DNA from: a virus
Virus record (IMG/VR): IMGVR_UViG_3300042543_000303
Coordinates: 9,961-73,960 of that record
Reading direction: 5' to 3' (one strand)
Length of the DNA: 64,000 nucleotides
The first letter of the stretch is position 1; the number at the start of each line of letters is the position of its first letter. The notes beneath the pieces were generated by a model, which searched no databases, was not told the origin of the DNA, and worked only from the letters and a program-made list of their open reading frames with translations. Below, piece by piece: positions 1 through 8,596 of this stretch. The translations under genes and the position numbers were made by a program.

Positions 1-145
1 GAACCGGGCATTCGAAACAAATATTTTTAGCCTGGTACTTCTCGTCAGGGTTCTTTGAGAAAAACCAGTCTCTCGTGTGAGAGTACTCTGTTCGAGCGCA
101 GATGGCATCCTTCTGCCACGCAAGCTCGTCAGCTGCTCCACTCAT
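1..145 (-). CDS. whiB: WhiB-family Fe-S transcription factor (5' part, truncated by window edge)
   Basis: Not in the ORF track. Manual translation from ATG at 145 gives MSGAADELAWQKDAICARTEYSHTRDWFFSKNPDEKYQAKNICFECPV, matching the WhiB pattern W...A.C...FF......AK.IC..CPV. Confidence 0.9.
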   Translation of the reverse strand, partial: MSGAADELAWQKDAICARTEYSHTRDWFFSKNPDEKYQAKNICFECPV

Positions 146-211
146 ACGCCCTATTGAAACTTATTAAGCGCGAATTGTAAATACCGTACAAACCGTACGT
201 TTAGTTGTATC

Positions 212-544
212 TTAGATTTCTACCCAGGTAACGACGCAAATCTCGTCAACTACATCGCCTTCGCGTGTCTCTCCAGCTACATCGCACACGGCAAAGTCGA
301 TGGCGCCATCTACCATTCCGGCGTACCCGTGAGTGACGATCGCGGTGTCAAGACTTCTAAAGCCGTCGCCTAATGATACGGCGGATCCGTCGCGCTGAAG
401 CGCGGACGCTAGCGCTCGACGAACTACTTCGTGTTCAATGTCGACGTGTCCAATGGTGAAGAACACCGTTCCGTCATTCTCCGTCTCAAGATCTTCACCG
501 GTCCACTCGTACCAAAGCGTCTCTCCAGTCCTTGAGTCTTTCAT
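212..544 (-). CDS. hypothetical acidic protein
   Basis: ORF 212..667; likely start MKDSRTG at 544, which overlaps the upstream stop codon (ATGA). Confidence 0.65.
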   Translation of the reverse strand: MKDSRTGETLWYEWTGEDLETENDGTVFFTIGHVDIEHEVVRRALASALQRDGSAVSLGDGFRSLDTAIVTHGYAGMVDGAIDFAVCDVAGETREGDVVDEICVVTWVEI

Positions 545-795
545 GACAAGTGCTCGAGCCAGATCTTGCGTACGTTGCTCGCAGGAGTGACAACAGTCTC
601 GAAAGGAACGTATGTGTCTTCGCCGGTCTTGCGGCAGGAGCACGACACGGCGATGCCCATGCCGCACGCGTCAGCTTCAATTGCGCGTACGATGCGGATT
701 TGATGAGGCAAAGAGTCGTCCATGATCATCCAGGAATCATCGTCTACTGGGACGCTGTGAACCAGCCTAAGATGCCCTCTAGTTTTCACACTCAT
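541..795 (-). CDS. hypothetical protein (CSC..., W..H, possible metal binding)
   Basis: 84-aa ORF with ATGA overlaps at both ends. Confidence 0.65.
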   Translation of the reverse strand: MSVKTRGHLRLVHSVPVDDDSWMIMDDSLPHQIRIVRAIEADACGMGIAVSCSCRKTGEDTYVPFETVVTPASNVRKIWLEHLS

Positions 796-1163
796 ATTTT
801 ATTCACCGCTAGCCCGACTAGTTCTCCGACAGCGTCTCGACTAGAAGGAATTTTGTACCAGTCACCAAGCCCGTGATCATACTCGTACACCGGTATAGCC
901 GCGCTCATAGCCGCGGCTACTTCTACGCGCGCGCCGACAGATTTCTTCCAGCCGTCAAGAACAAACACTCGCTGGCAACTAAAAATTCCAGATAGACACG
1001 ACTTCATATAGTGCTCCCACGGTAGATCTGTTCTTCCCCCAAAGAGCTCAGTAGGATCAAAGACTTCATAGCCCGCTTCGCGCAGCTTTCGGCATAGAGC
1101 CGCAAATGCGCCGTAGTTGTGCCCATCTATGCCTGTCATAGGGCCGCTGATGTACGCCCGCAT
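792..1163 (-). CDS. DUF4406 / nucleoside 2-deoxyribosyltransferase-like protein
   Basis: YISGPMTG...N..AF...L...GY.V.DP...W..YM...L.GW..S.GA..E pattern. Confidence 0.85.
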   Translation of the reverse strand: MRAYISGPMTGIDGHNYGAFAALCRKLREAGYEVFDPTELFGGRTDLPWEHYMKSCLSGIFSCQRVFVLDGWKKSVGARVEVAAAMSAAIPVYEYDHGLGDWYKIPSSRDAVGELVGLAVNKI

Positions 1164-1285
1164 GGGTTACTTACCCTTTCGTGCGTCTTAGAGCAAATCT
1201 AAGACAATTTAATAGAGACGTGGTAAACGATATGGAATAGCCTATGTTTGTCCGCTAGAGTCGCCGAGAGAGCCTTATTTTTCAC

Positions 1286-1795
1286 CTAAGCTGCCATGAA
1301 ACCGTCTTGATGCGGCCACAGGTACTCGTATGAGCCCGGGGACGACCCTGGATCCTCCAGATAGTCAAACTGCGAGTACCACTCATAGTTCTTAACCAGC
1401 AGCGCGCGCCGATGCGTTGAGACAAGACGCGAGAAGTAGTCGCCGTCTTGCATCCACGACGGCAAGGTTAGCTCGGAACTGACTCGGCCGAGCTCAAGCG
1501 CGCGATCGAAGGTCGCAAACGTCTTGGGCAGAAGAGTAGACTTGTAGCCTCGGGAACGCCACTCAAAATAGGTAGCTGAAATGTACGAGACAAGCAGCGC
1601 CTCGGAGCCGCGCCACATGCGCGTCACCGGGTGATTGACCCAGCCTTTCTGCTGACGGTCGTTGCCCTCAGGGTCAAGACAAGTAAGAGTAAGAAGTGTC
1701 TGCCATGCCTCAAGTGTCTGCTTGTGAAGTCTTTTATTGTCAAGCTGGCGAGCGGTAACTTCAAAGCTGCCAGTATCTACAAGAAATGTCTGCAT
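1286..1795 (-). CDS. pyrimidine-dimer DNA glycosylase-like protein (DenV / MSMEG_6728 family)
   Basis: MQTFL...LD.KRL.KQ.LE..Q, GW.NHP...MWRG, HR..LL.K, Y.WP motifs. Confidence 0.85.
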   Translation of the reverse strand: MQTFLVDTGSFEVTARQLDNKRLHKQTLEAWQTLLTLTCLDPEGNDRQQKGWVNHPVTRMWRGSEALLVSYISATYFEWRSRGYKSTLLPKTFATFDRALELGRVSSELTLPSWMQDGDYFSRLVSTHRRALLVKNYEWYSQFDYLEDPGSSPGSYEYLWPHQDGFMAA

Positions 1796-1837
1796 ACACG
1801 TCCTAATGTCGTTATGGTAGAGCTATTATATCGTGCA

Positions 1838-3247
1838 CTATCGCACTGTAAACACCTTGCCGCCGCCGGACCCCGGCTTCGCCTGCGGCAGTCTACGACT
1901 TGCAAATGATTTGGCAGTTAGCCGACCGCCAACAAATCCAGGCGGAGGCTTGATCAGAAGCGCAGTCATAGCATGAACTAGTGCGTCGATACGGTCAGGC
2001 GACTTACCCTCGCCGGGAATCCATGCGCACATCTGAGACTCTAGATCTGCAAGAATCCCGACATGGTGAACACGGGTCTGCTCATACGCAAGTACGACTG
2101 GCTCAGCGCGAAGCGCCTTGCCGTGCTTGCTGTGTACCTCGAGAACTTTAATACTCGGGTCGATAGCCTGAATTGCATTGCGCACAAGCGCGCCGCCCTG
2201 ATTGACTTCGGCAACAACCGGCGCCTGCCACTTACGCGCCATCGTGGCAACCGCGCTCGCCCAGACTTCAGGCGAGCCGTGCACCGTGGCATCTTCAACT
2301 ACCCAGGCATGACGCTTATACAGATCGCGATCAGCCATTGCGGTGCATACCACGATGCCGCACTCATCGCGCGGGTTCTCAGCGACAGACGGGTCGACGC
2401 CGACAACGCGCAACGGCGCGTTCATCGGCAATGCCATTTGGCGCCCAGCCTCGATCATCTCCAACGTCCAGAGCGCGCCTTCAACGTCGTCGAGCATCTC
2501 GCCGTACAGCTCTTGCTGCGCCAGGCGGGTGCCTGCGTACACTCCGGTGATCGTGTCCAAGTACGCGCCAGATAGGTTACCCGCGTTGTCGAGCGTCGAG
2601 CCGCGAGAGATGTACACCTTGCCTGTGCGCTCGGCTTCGGAAATCAAACCATAGAGAACCGGCACGCGCTTTGGCGTAGTTGTCGCGATGATCTGCGGGT
2701 TAGAGCCAAGACGACAGGCGACGCGAAGGTTGTCCCACGAGGTCATACCAGCCGCGTCAGGCGTTTGCCGCCAGGCGGCAAGCTCGTCAGCCCAGGCGTA
2801 GTGTGCCTGGATACCGCGGAGGCCGTCAGGTTCATCGGCAGTGAACAGCGTCGCAGTGTTCCCGTTCGCCCAAGTAAGGCGTCGCTTGGATGGCTCGTAG
2901 TGCGGGCGCTCGCTTGGCGGACTGACATTGATGATACCGGATTCGCCTTCAACAATGACGTCGCGAACGTCCGCCGCAGTACGGGCAACTAGCGCAAAGC
3001 GCAGTTGACCCTTGTTTGTGTACTTAGCCTTCTCACGTACCCACTCCGCAGCGGAGCGAGTCTTACCTGCGCCTCGGCCGGCAAGGTACAGCCAGATTGC
3101 CCACGACTCGTCCTGCGGCGGTCTTTGCTCTGGTCGAGCCCACATCGACCAGTCCCAGACGAGCGCGTCCATGTCAAGACCTTCAAGCGCCGCTGCCTGC
3201 TCCTCCGGCGGCAACGTCGCAACGATCTCCATAAGGCTCTTGCCCAT
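1838..3247 (-). CDS. terL: terminase large subunit
   Basis: Walker A AGRGAGKT, Walker B WADE, TTTP coupling motif, RNase H-like nuclease VGVDP...SPDRIDA. Confidence 0.95.
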   Translation of the reverse strand: MGKSLMEIVATLPPEEQAAALEGLDMDALVWDWSMWARPEQRPPQDESWAIWLYLAGRGAGKTRSAAEWVREKAKYTNKGQLRFALVARTAADVRDVIVEGESGIINVSPPSERPHYEPSKRRLTWANGNTATLFTADEPDGLRGIQAHYAWADELAAWRQTPDAAGMTSWDNLRVACRLGSNPQIIATTTPKRVPVLYGLISEAERTGKVYISRGSTLDNAGNLSGAYLDTITGVYAGTRLAQQELYGEMLDDVEGALWTLEMIEAGRQMALPMNAPLRVVGVDPSVAENPRDECGIVVCTAMADRDLYKRHAWVVEDATVHGSPEVWASAVATMARKWQAPVVAEVNQGGALVRNAIQAIDPSIKVLEVHSKHGKALRAEPVVLAYEQTRVHHVGILADLESQMCAWIPGEGKSPDRIDALVHAMTALLIKPPPGFVGGRLTAKSFASRRLPQAKPGSGGGKVFTVR

Positions 3248-3283
3248 GCGTTAGATCATACCCTAAGATCTGCCAAATGGTGA

Positions 3284-3335
3284 CTGCCCCGCGGGCGAAG
3301 TGACAGGGGCTATCACCTCAAGCGCCGCGGGGCAG
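3284..3335 (-). terminator. long imperfect RNA hairpin between the HTH gene and terL (terminator or processing site)
   Basis: 11-bp inverted repeat CTGCCCCGCGG/CCGCGGGGCAG, plus an inner stem GAGGTGATAG/CTGTCACTTC with G-U pairs on the minus strand. Confidence 0.55.
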
Positions 3336-3371
3336 CCAGAGATCTAATGTAACCTAGAGAGAATAAAGCTA

Positions 3372-3839
3372 CTACGCGCTTTCTCGAAGTGCCGCGCGCT
3401 GAACCCCGTAGTACAGAGGGGCGGCCGAACTAAGCCCGAGCTCCTCCGCCAGAGCGGCAAGAGACACGCCCTTCGAGTACTCGGCAGCAAGCGCGGAATG
3501 ATACGCCTCGGCGCCACCGCTGTCTCGGGCCTTTGTCACTCTCTTAGCCGCGGCGGAGATCTCGGCCTCCGAGTACTTAACTCGGCCCTTCTTCATGGTC
3601 GAAGGAGGCAGCTTTGCGGTGAAGACGCGGCGGCGCATTCCGCTATACGCCACGTCTAGTTTTTCCGACAGCGCGACGAGACTGCCGCCATTCTCGTAGA
3701 ACTCCGCAAGAAGTCGAGTATACTCCCGGCTTGCCTCGTGCGCCGGCGTAACCTGCGCGCGGGATCCATAGGCTCTTTTGGCAAGCGGCAATAGCGGCTT
3801 GATCTTCTTGGCGTACTGCTCGACGAGAGCGTCGCTCAC
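3372..3839 (-). CDS. tandem helix-turn-helix DNA-binding protein
   Basis: Two HTH-like units (Y.NGGSLVALSEKLDVAY; YSKGVSLAALAEELGL); GGGAGAG RBS. Confidence 0.7.
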   Translation of the reverse strand: MSDALVEQYAKKIKPLLPLAKRAYGSRAQVTPAHEASREYTRLLAEFYENGGSLVALSEKLDVAYSGMRRRVFTAKLPPSTMKKGRVKYSEAEISAAAKRVTKARDSGGAEAYHSALAAEYSKGVSLAALAEELGLSSAAPLYYGVQRAALRESA

Positions 3840-4030
3840 TTTGTCTCTCCCTGTTGTTTGTCAGTGCGTTGTCTCGATGATGATTTGATTATATTACATG
3901 AGACACGAGAAATAAAATTAAGATTTCTAAAGAGGTTCGCCTTCGCAGCACGACGCCTTAAAACCGCAGTGCGGGCACAGCCAACGAGTGGCTACAGGAG
4001 AAAATCTCTCGCCGCAGGAGTCGCACTCAA

Positions 4031-4279
4031 TCATTCTGCTTGAACCTCTTGACCATCAGTTTTTACGTCGCCCCAGGCGATAGCACGGGCGAGCACGACT
4101 AGTCTCTCTGCCTCGGCATAGAGTTCTTCTGCGGCTACGAGAAGATCTGCCTTGTCCTCAATGCTTTTCGGCGCGGCTAGATCCGAAACTACAGCATTTG
4201 CGGTATACGCGCACGCGGCCATGCGACGAAGCGCGCGTGCCTGCGCGTCTTCGTACTGCCAACTTCGCTCGAATCCCAT
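4031..4279 (-). CDS. hypothetical protein (probably leaderless)
   Basis: 82-aa ORF with TACAAT 7 nt before the ATG. Confidence 0.6.
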   Translation of the reverse strand: MGFERSWQYEDAQARALRRMAACAYTANAVVSDLAAPKSIEDKADLLVAAEELYAEAERLVVLARAIAWGDVKTDGQEVQAE

Positions 4280-4310
4280 GACAGTAATTGTAGTACTGGC
4301 TCACGAAGTC

Positions 4311-4580
4311 TTAGTCTTCCCAGGGGCGAAGTTCAACGATCTCACTGAGATATGGAACTGTCTCTGGATCGCGCTCGACGAAAAGTCCAACTATGGTTAA
4401 ATCAGAACACATGCAGCAAATGTAGACATTTCCTGTTTGCAAGTTTTCTGGAATGGAGACACCGGACAGCTTTGAGACAATATTTCCGTCCTCGTCCACG
4501 CCCTCTGGCTCCCAGACAGTGTTCTCATCTAGCCAGCATCGTTCGCAGATCGGCAGTGTTTCCAGGTTAATCTCGCTCAT
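4311..4580 (-). CDS. small Zn-binding protein (CxxC ... CxxC)
   Basis: CERC and CCMC motifs. Confidence 0.6.
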   Translation of the reverse strand: MSEINLETLPICERCWLDENTVWEPEGVDEDGNIVSKLSGVSIPENLQTGNVYICCMCSDLTIVGLFVERDPETVPYLSEIVELRPWED

Positions 4581-4608
4581 AAAGATATCAAATCACATTT
4601 CGACGCGG

Positions 4609-5862
4609 CTATTCTGAGTACCAGCGCTTGCGCACGGCTTCACGGGAAAAGCCTTTGTCAAGGTTAAGAAGCCACTCACGATCACCAATGAGCTCCCCTT
4701 GCGGGCCAGTAGGCGTCCCCTTGATGGCGCCGTTGATAGCCTCGCCTAGCCACGTGGCGGCTTGCACTGGCACGGCCTTACCCCACACGGCCGGCAGCGC
4801 GCTGTACGTGCGAACGGGCTCGATAGCCCAGCCGTCTGGCAGCCCCTGCATCCGTGCTGCTTCACGATGCGTGATTAGACGCGGCTTTGTTGGGTGTACC
4901 ACGTGATCAAGCGCTGAGCCGGTAAGAACGTTCGCCCAGTAGCGATCGCTCCACCGATACGGCGTCGAAAAGCCTAGACGGTAATCCTTTCTTCGAACGC
5001 CCTCTTCAAGATTCTTCCATGTCGGCGGGAACTCGCCCAGGTTATCAACTGCCTTTTTGAGCGCGTCACCTAGACTTTCATTGGCCATCCAGGCGTCGTC
5101 TTCGGCAATAGACGTGAAAACTTCCTCGACCCGTTGAGCGTGGATATTCGTTCGCCCCATGTGCCCGTCAACCTGGCCGGTCTGATTTCTCAGCGAACGC
5201 GTCCATTTTGTGTCGTCCCCGACGTATGGCTGCTCTTCCCACTGATATGGCATATCGGCAAGGTCACCGATGACTTCCATGATCTTAGGCAACTCAGTGG
5301 GGTCGTCGCAGTGCGCACCAAAAGGCAAGCCCTTCTCAACCGCTACCCAGAAATAACGCGGCCGGAACGAAAATCCGCCAAGACGCAGATTGTTGTGCTT
5401 GACGTGATACAGGTCGTATTCTTTGCCGCTTAGCTGTTCGAGCATGTCGCGGTATTGGAGCATTACCTCGCGCCCTTGAGTGTACGCCTGCTGCACACAC
5501 TCAAACGAGACAACTGTCGGCTTCTGCCGCGCGGCGTACTGCATGAATGCACGCGTATGCACATGCGCCGGTGAATCCGGCCCGCGATATGTTGGCCCGC
5601 TAAACGGTGACCACCCTGAGCACGGAGGACACCCGACCACAGCGTCCGTGTCGTCAAAATCCGGCCAGTCATCTGGGTCATCAGAGAACCAGGCGTCCCA
5701 GTACTCATCATCCGAGTTGAAGTGTTTACGGTTCGCTTCCGCGACGCGGTTACCAAAATCAAGAGTGCCGACTCGTCCTTGCATCTTCATTCCAGCATTT
5801 GCCATGCCAAGGCTCATAAAACCAGCAAGGCCGTTGCAGTCAACAAACTTCGGGGCACTCAT
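4609..5862 (-). CDS. DNA cytosine-C5 methyltransferase-fold enzyme with atypical cofactor motifs
   Basis: Likely start MSAPKF (GGAGA RBS). Catalytic GCPPCSGWS, motif VI FECV, motif VIII RPRYF, motif IX REAARMQGLPD, motif X GKAVPV. Motif I is degenerate (DCNGLAGF). Confidence 0.85.
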   Translation of the reverse strand: MSAPKFVDCNGLAGFMSLGMANAGMKMQGRVGTLDFGNRVAEANRKHFNSDDEYWDAWFSDDPDDWPDFDDTDAVVGCPPCSGWSPFSGPTYRGPDSPAHVHTRAFMQYAARQKPTVVSFECVQQAYTQGREVMLQYRDMLEQLSGKEYDLYHVKHNNLRLGGFSFRPRYFWVAVEKGLPFGAHCDDPTELPKIMEVIGDLADMPYQWEEQPYVGDDTKWTRSLRNQTGQVDGHMGRTNIHAQRVEEVFTSIAEDDAWMANESLGDALKKAVDNLGEFPPTWKNLEEGVRRKDYRLGFSTPYRWSDRYWANVLTGSALDHVVHPTKPRLITHREAARMQGLPDGWAIEPVRTYSALPAVWGKAVPVQAATWLGEAINGAIKGTPTGPQGELIGDREWLLNLDKGFSREAVRKRWYSE

Positions 5863-5893
5863 GTGTCTCCTTCGTCGCGCGGTCGCCCTTACC

Positions 5894-6205
5894 TTACGCT
5901 GAGGTTGATCTGTTCTCAGTGATCTGGCCCACCTCATAGCCGCATCCCGCGTATCCGGCAATGTCGATCCAGGTGTCGGCCTGAAACCCGCCATTGACCA
6001 GTCGCGCCATCTTGACAGCGATCATTGCTGCCGCGACGTCCGATTCGGAGAATGGTCGCCCGAAGAGAACGGTCCAGATCCTAGCAATCCGGTTGAAATT
6101 CTCTTCTGGCCCGCCATACTGCTTGTCGCGATTACCGGCAATAAGATCTGCCGCGGTACAAAGAGCTTCCTCGCGGGGGGTCTTCTTGCTTTCTTTGCTT
6201 GCCAT
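5894..6205 (-). CDS. DUF6378-like protein (all-helical, nucleotide hydrolase-associated)
   Basis: R...YG.P..NF.RIA..W, M...K.AR, D.W.DIAGYA. Confidence 0.8.
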   Translation of the reverse strand: MASKESKKTPREEALCTAADLIAGNRDKQYGGPEENFNRIARIWTVLFGRPFSESDVAAAMIAVKMARLVNGGFQADTWIDIAGYAGCGYEVGQITENRSTSA

Positions 6206-6210
6206 GTCTT

Positions 6211-6420
6211 TTACCTCTTCATTCTTAGATGCACGGTTGCCTTGTACGCGCCATCGGCACTCATGTCTGAGTAGCTAGGAGTAATGTCGACTTCGATGTC
6301 GACCCGATTTTCAATTTCATCGATGCTAATCCCAAGAAACTCTGCGACTGCGCGTAACGTCTTACCAGCAATCTCGTCGTACGTATCGCCTTGCACCTCT
6401 AGCTGCGCTGAAGCTCTCAT
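6211..6420 (-). CDS. hypothetical protein
   Basis: 69-aa ORF, translationally coupled within the operon. Confidence 0.6.
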   Translation of the reverse strand: MRASAQLEVQGDTYDEIAGKTLRAVAEFLGISIDEIENRVDIEVDITPSYSDMSADGAYKATVHLRMKR

Positions 6421-6839
6421 TACTTGACTCTCTTCTCGAGCATGTACGGGCTATGATGCGCGCCTTCAATTGCCGGAGCCTTATCGTCCTCCGACTTAAA
6501 AATGACATCTCCGTATCGAATACCAACAATTCGTCCGCGCCGCCCGTTGTGCGCCGTTCCAGCTTCTCCCGTATACGCGTCAGCCTTAACTCGCACCTCA
6601 TCTCCGACAGTGATTTGCCCCGGCTGCGCTTGAACCCAGATCTCATCGGCAACGCTCTGAGGGATAAGCGCGTGCCCGAGTGCTACCTTGCTAAACACTT
6701 CAACTGTCTCGGCCGCTGACTTATCTGTGTGGTTCATTGTGTTCCACAGCTCCATAAGTCTTAGCACCGCCGTGCCAACCGACTGCTTAACTCTTGCCTG
6801 CGCGAATTGCTCGCGCACCCACTCTTCGCTAATCGTCAT
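6420..6839 (-). CDS. hypothetical protein with C-terminal SH3/KOW-like domain
   Basis: VGDEVRVK...GRRGRIVGIRYGDVI; likely start MTISEE coupled to the upstream stop. Confidence 0.65.
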   Translation of the reverse strand: MTISEEWVREQFAQARVKQSVGTAVLRLMELWNTMNHTDKSAAETVEVFSKVALGHALIPQSVADEIWVQAQPGQITVGDEVRVKADAYTGEAGTAHNGRRGRIVGIRYGDVIFKSEDDKAPAIEGAHHSPYMLEKRVK

Positions 6840-7309
6840 GCCACTACCTCGCACTTCACGCAAATTGTTGAATTAGAAACACTAACCCGGACTTCGTCAA
6901 GAGCCCTCGAGCAGACACCACACTTTACTCCAGCCTCGCGAACTTTGTACCCATCGCGCTGGCGCGCTCGATTCTTTTTCATTTTTTCTAGATAGATTTC
7001 GTCAAGCTCTTCGTCGGTGGCTCCAGCGGCGCAGATGATGTTAGCGACAAAATGCAGAACATCGACCGCCTCCTTAACTAGTTCTTCGCGGTCAAGGTAC
7101 GGGTCATCGTGCTGCCACGGTTTCCACGACATTGCTTGCCGCATTTCGGCAAGTTCATCGTCAATCGCCAACATGTTCCAACGCATATACTCGATAGTGG
7201 CGTTGATATCATCAGGCGCGTTGCTGTGGAAGACCGAGTACTTGGCTCCGTAGCACTCTTCCTGAAGCCTGGCAGTCTCCTTGAGCCAGTCTTGAAAAAG
7301 TCTTTTCAT
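6836..7309 (-). CDS. all-alpha NTP pyrophosphatase (dimeric dUTPase / T4 dCTPase / MazG superfamily) with C-terminal Zn ribbon
   Basis: DELAEM...WKPW...EEL.KEAVDVLHF...Y..K...N..RQ..GY, then CGVC...CVKC; likely start MKRLFQ. Confidence 0.85.
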   Translation of the reverse strand: MKRLFQDWLKETARLQEECYGAKYSVFHSNAPDDINATIEYMRWNMLAIDDELAEMRQAMSWKPWQHDDPYLDREELVKEAVDVLHFVANIICAAGATDEELDEIYLEKMKKNRARQRDGYKVREAGVKCGVCSRALDEVRVSVSNSTICVKCEVVA

Positions 7310-7322
7310 TCTTACCCCTACT

Positions 7323-8348
7323 TCACTTTGATGAGAGCAACAGCGTGTCGAGAAGATACTCAAGCGCTTTGCCTTTAGGCGTAATTGAAGATAGATAACT
7401 GTCCTTTTGCTGCGCGGCAAGACTATCTCGCCGCGCTTGATTCATTTCGTCGACGGTAACGGCTAGATCCATCCACGGGTCACCAAGAATAGCAGACTCT
7501 CGCCAATCGGTAACGACTGGCACCCCTACGCCTATAGACTGGGCAACGCGAGGAGTCCACCATGACCCTGTCGGCTTAGACGGCGCAATAAGCGCGCCAA
7601 CACCTTGCGACATCTGCGCAAGAACGTCACGATCTGCCCATCCCTTGTGCTCTTTCATTGGCACGACATTGGTTTTCATTGTTGCTTGAACGCTGGCCGC
7701 CCACCGCGACTTCACATCGTCCACGACCCAGAATCTACTTCCATCGCTAGAAGAGAAAGTTTCTACGTCGTGTACCCGATCAAAAATTAGTGAGTCTAGA
7801 TTCACTGCTCGAAGACTGTTAACCGCGTGGGGCGGGAGTGCGCTTGCAACCTTGCCCTGGTTTCCCCACGGCAGAATCGGGTACAAAGTTTCCGCCCAGG
7901 TGTACGAATTAAGATAGTTAACAGCGCCGTGAATCTTTGCCGCAGTTTCTGGCGTGCGTGCCTGCGCGTAGAACGGCCTAGCCGAATAGAAAGGCTTGAA
8001 CATCGCGGCAGGAGATTCCTGCATCGCGTGAATGCTGTGCGCAATCTTTCCAGGGTCAGGCGCGTCAAGAAAAAGACGCAGCTTAGGGGAATCGCGCATC
8101 TCATTGATAACCCATAGCGCCGCGTACGCATGGTTAGCGGCGACGCTAGTGAGTGGCGATAGCCCAACGAACACGAGATCATAGTCCTCGAGCGCGTCTC
8201 TAGTCATTCCAAAACTCGGTGCGCAGATTTCGCTTGAATGCAGTTTGGTGCTGAGCGCGCTGGATAGAAGTCCGGCAAATGACACCGAGCGCTCTGCGTA
8301 TTTTTTCGACGCCTGAGGCGCAGTCATCCCAGTGATAAGTGTTTTCAT
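7323..8348 (-). CDS. putative GT-B DNA glycosyltransferase, paralogue 2
   Basis: Paralogous to 8593..9774 (MKTLITGMTAPQ, LFLDAP, GSWWTPR); Rossmann-like start; sits in the DNA-modification cluster. Confidence 0.6.
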   Translation of the reverse strand: MKTLITGMTAPQASKKYAERSVSFAGLLSSALSTKLHSSEICAPSFGMTRDALEDYDLVFVGLSPLTSVAANHAYAALWVINEMRDSPKLRLFLDAPDPGKIAHSIHAMQESPAAMFKPFYSARPFYAQARTPETAAKIHGAVNYLNSYTWAETLYPILPWGNQGKVASALPPHAVNSLRAVNLDSLIFDRVHDVETFSSSDGSRFWVVDDVKSRWAASVQATMKTNVVPMKEHKGWADRDVLAQMSQGVGALIAPSKPTGSWWTPRVAQSIGVGVPVVTDWRESAILGDPWMDLAVTVDEMNQARRDSLAAQQKDSYLSSITPKGKALEYLLDTLLLSSK

Positions 8349-8596
8349 TCGCGCCCGCCCGCGGGCTCGTCAACTTCACCAATTTCATCAAGAACAGCAG
8401 GTAGCGCGTCTAGCACGCGTTCGACATCCTCGCACGCGATACTCCCCCAGTTAAGCGCGTCGTCTCCAGCCGGGTAGCTGTTTGGGAACCACGCGGCAAG
8501 AAGAGCTTGCGCTAGTTTTCTTATGAGCTGATCTGTTACATGCTCTGGTAAGTATTCTTCTGGGAAGCTTGTTTCATTGATCTCCGTGTACGTCAT
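8345..8596 (-). CDS. hypothetical acidic protein
   Basis: 83-aa ORF overlapping both glycosyltransferase genes by ATGA junctions. Confidence 0.6.
   Translation of the reverse strand: MTYTEINETSFPEEYLPEHVTDQLIRKLAQALLAAWFPNSYPAGDDALNWGSIACEDVERVLDALPAVLDEIGEVDEPAGGRE

Noticed and set aside
3284-3335. Possible tRNA or other structured ncRNA gene
   Set aside because: It is a single long hairpin with no cloverleaf or T-loop; no tRNA was recognised anywhere in the window.
5863-5994. N-terminal extensions given by the ORF track (MTase; also helicase, pyrophosphatase, gp10-like and others)
   Set aside because: They overlap upstream genes; downstream starts have an RBS or stop-start coupling.
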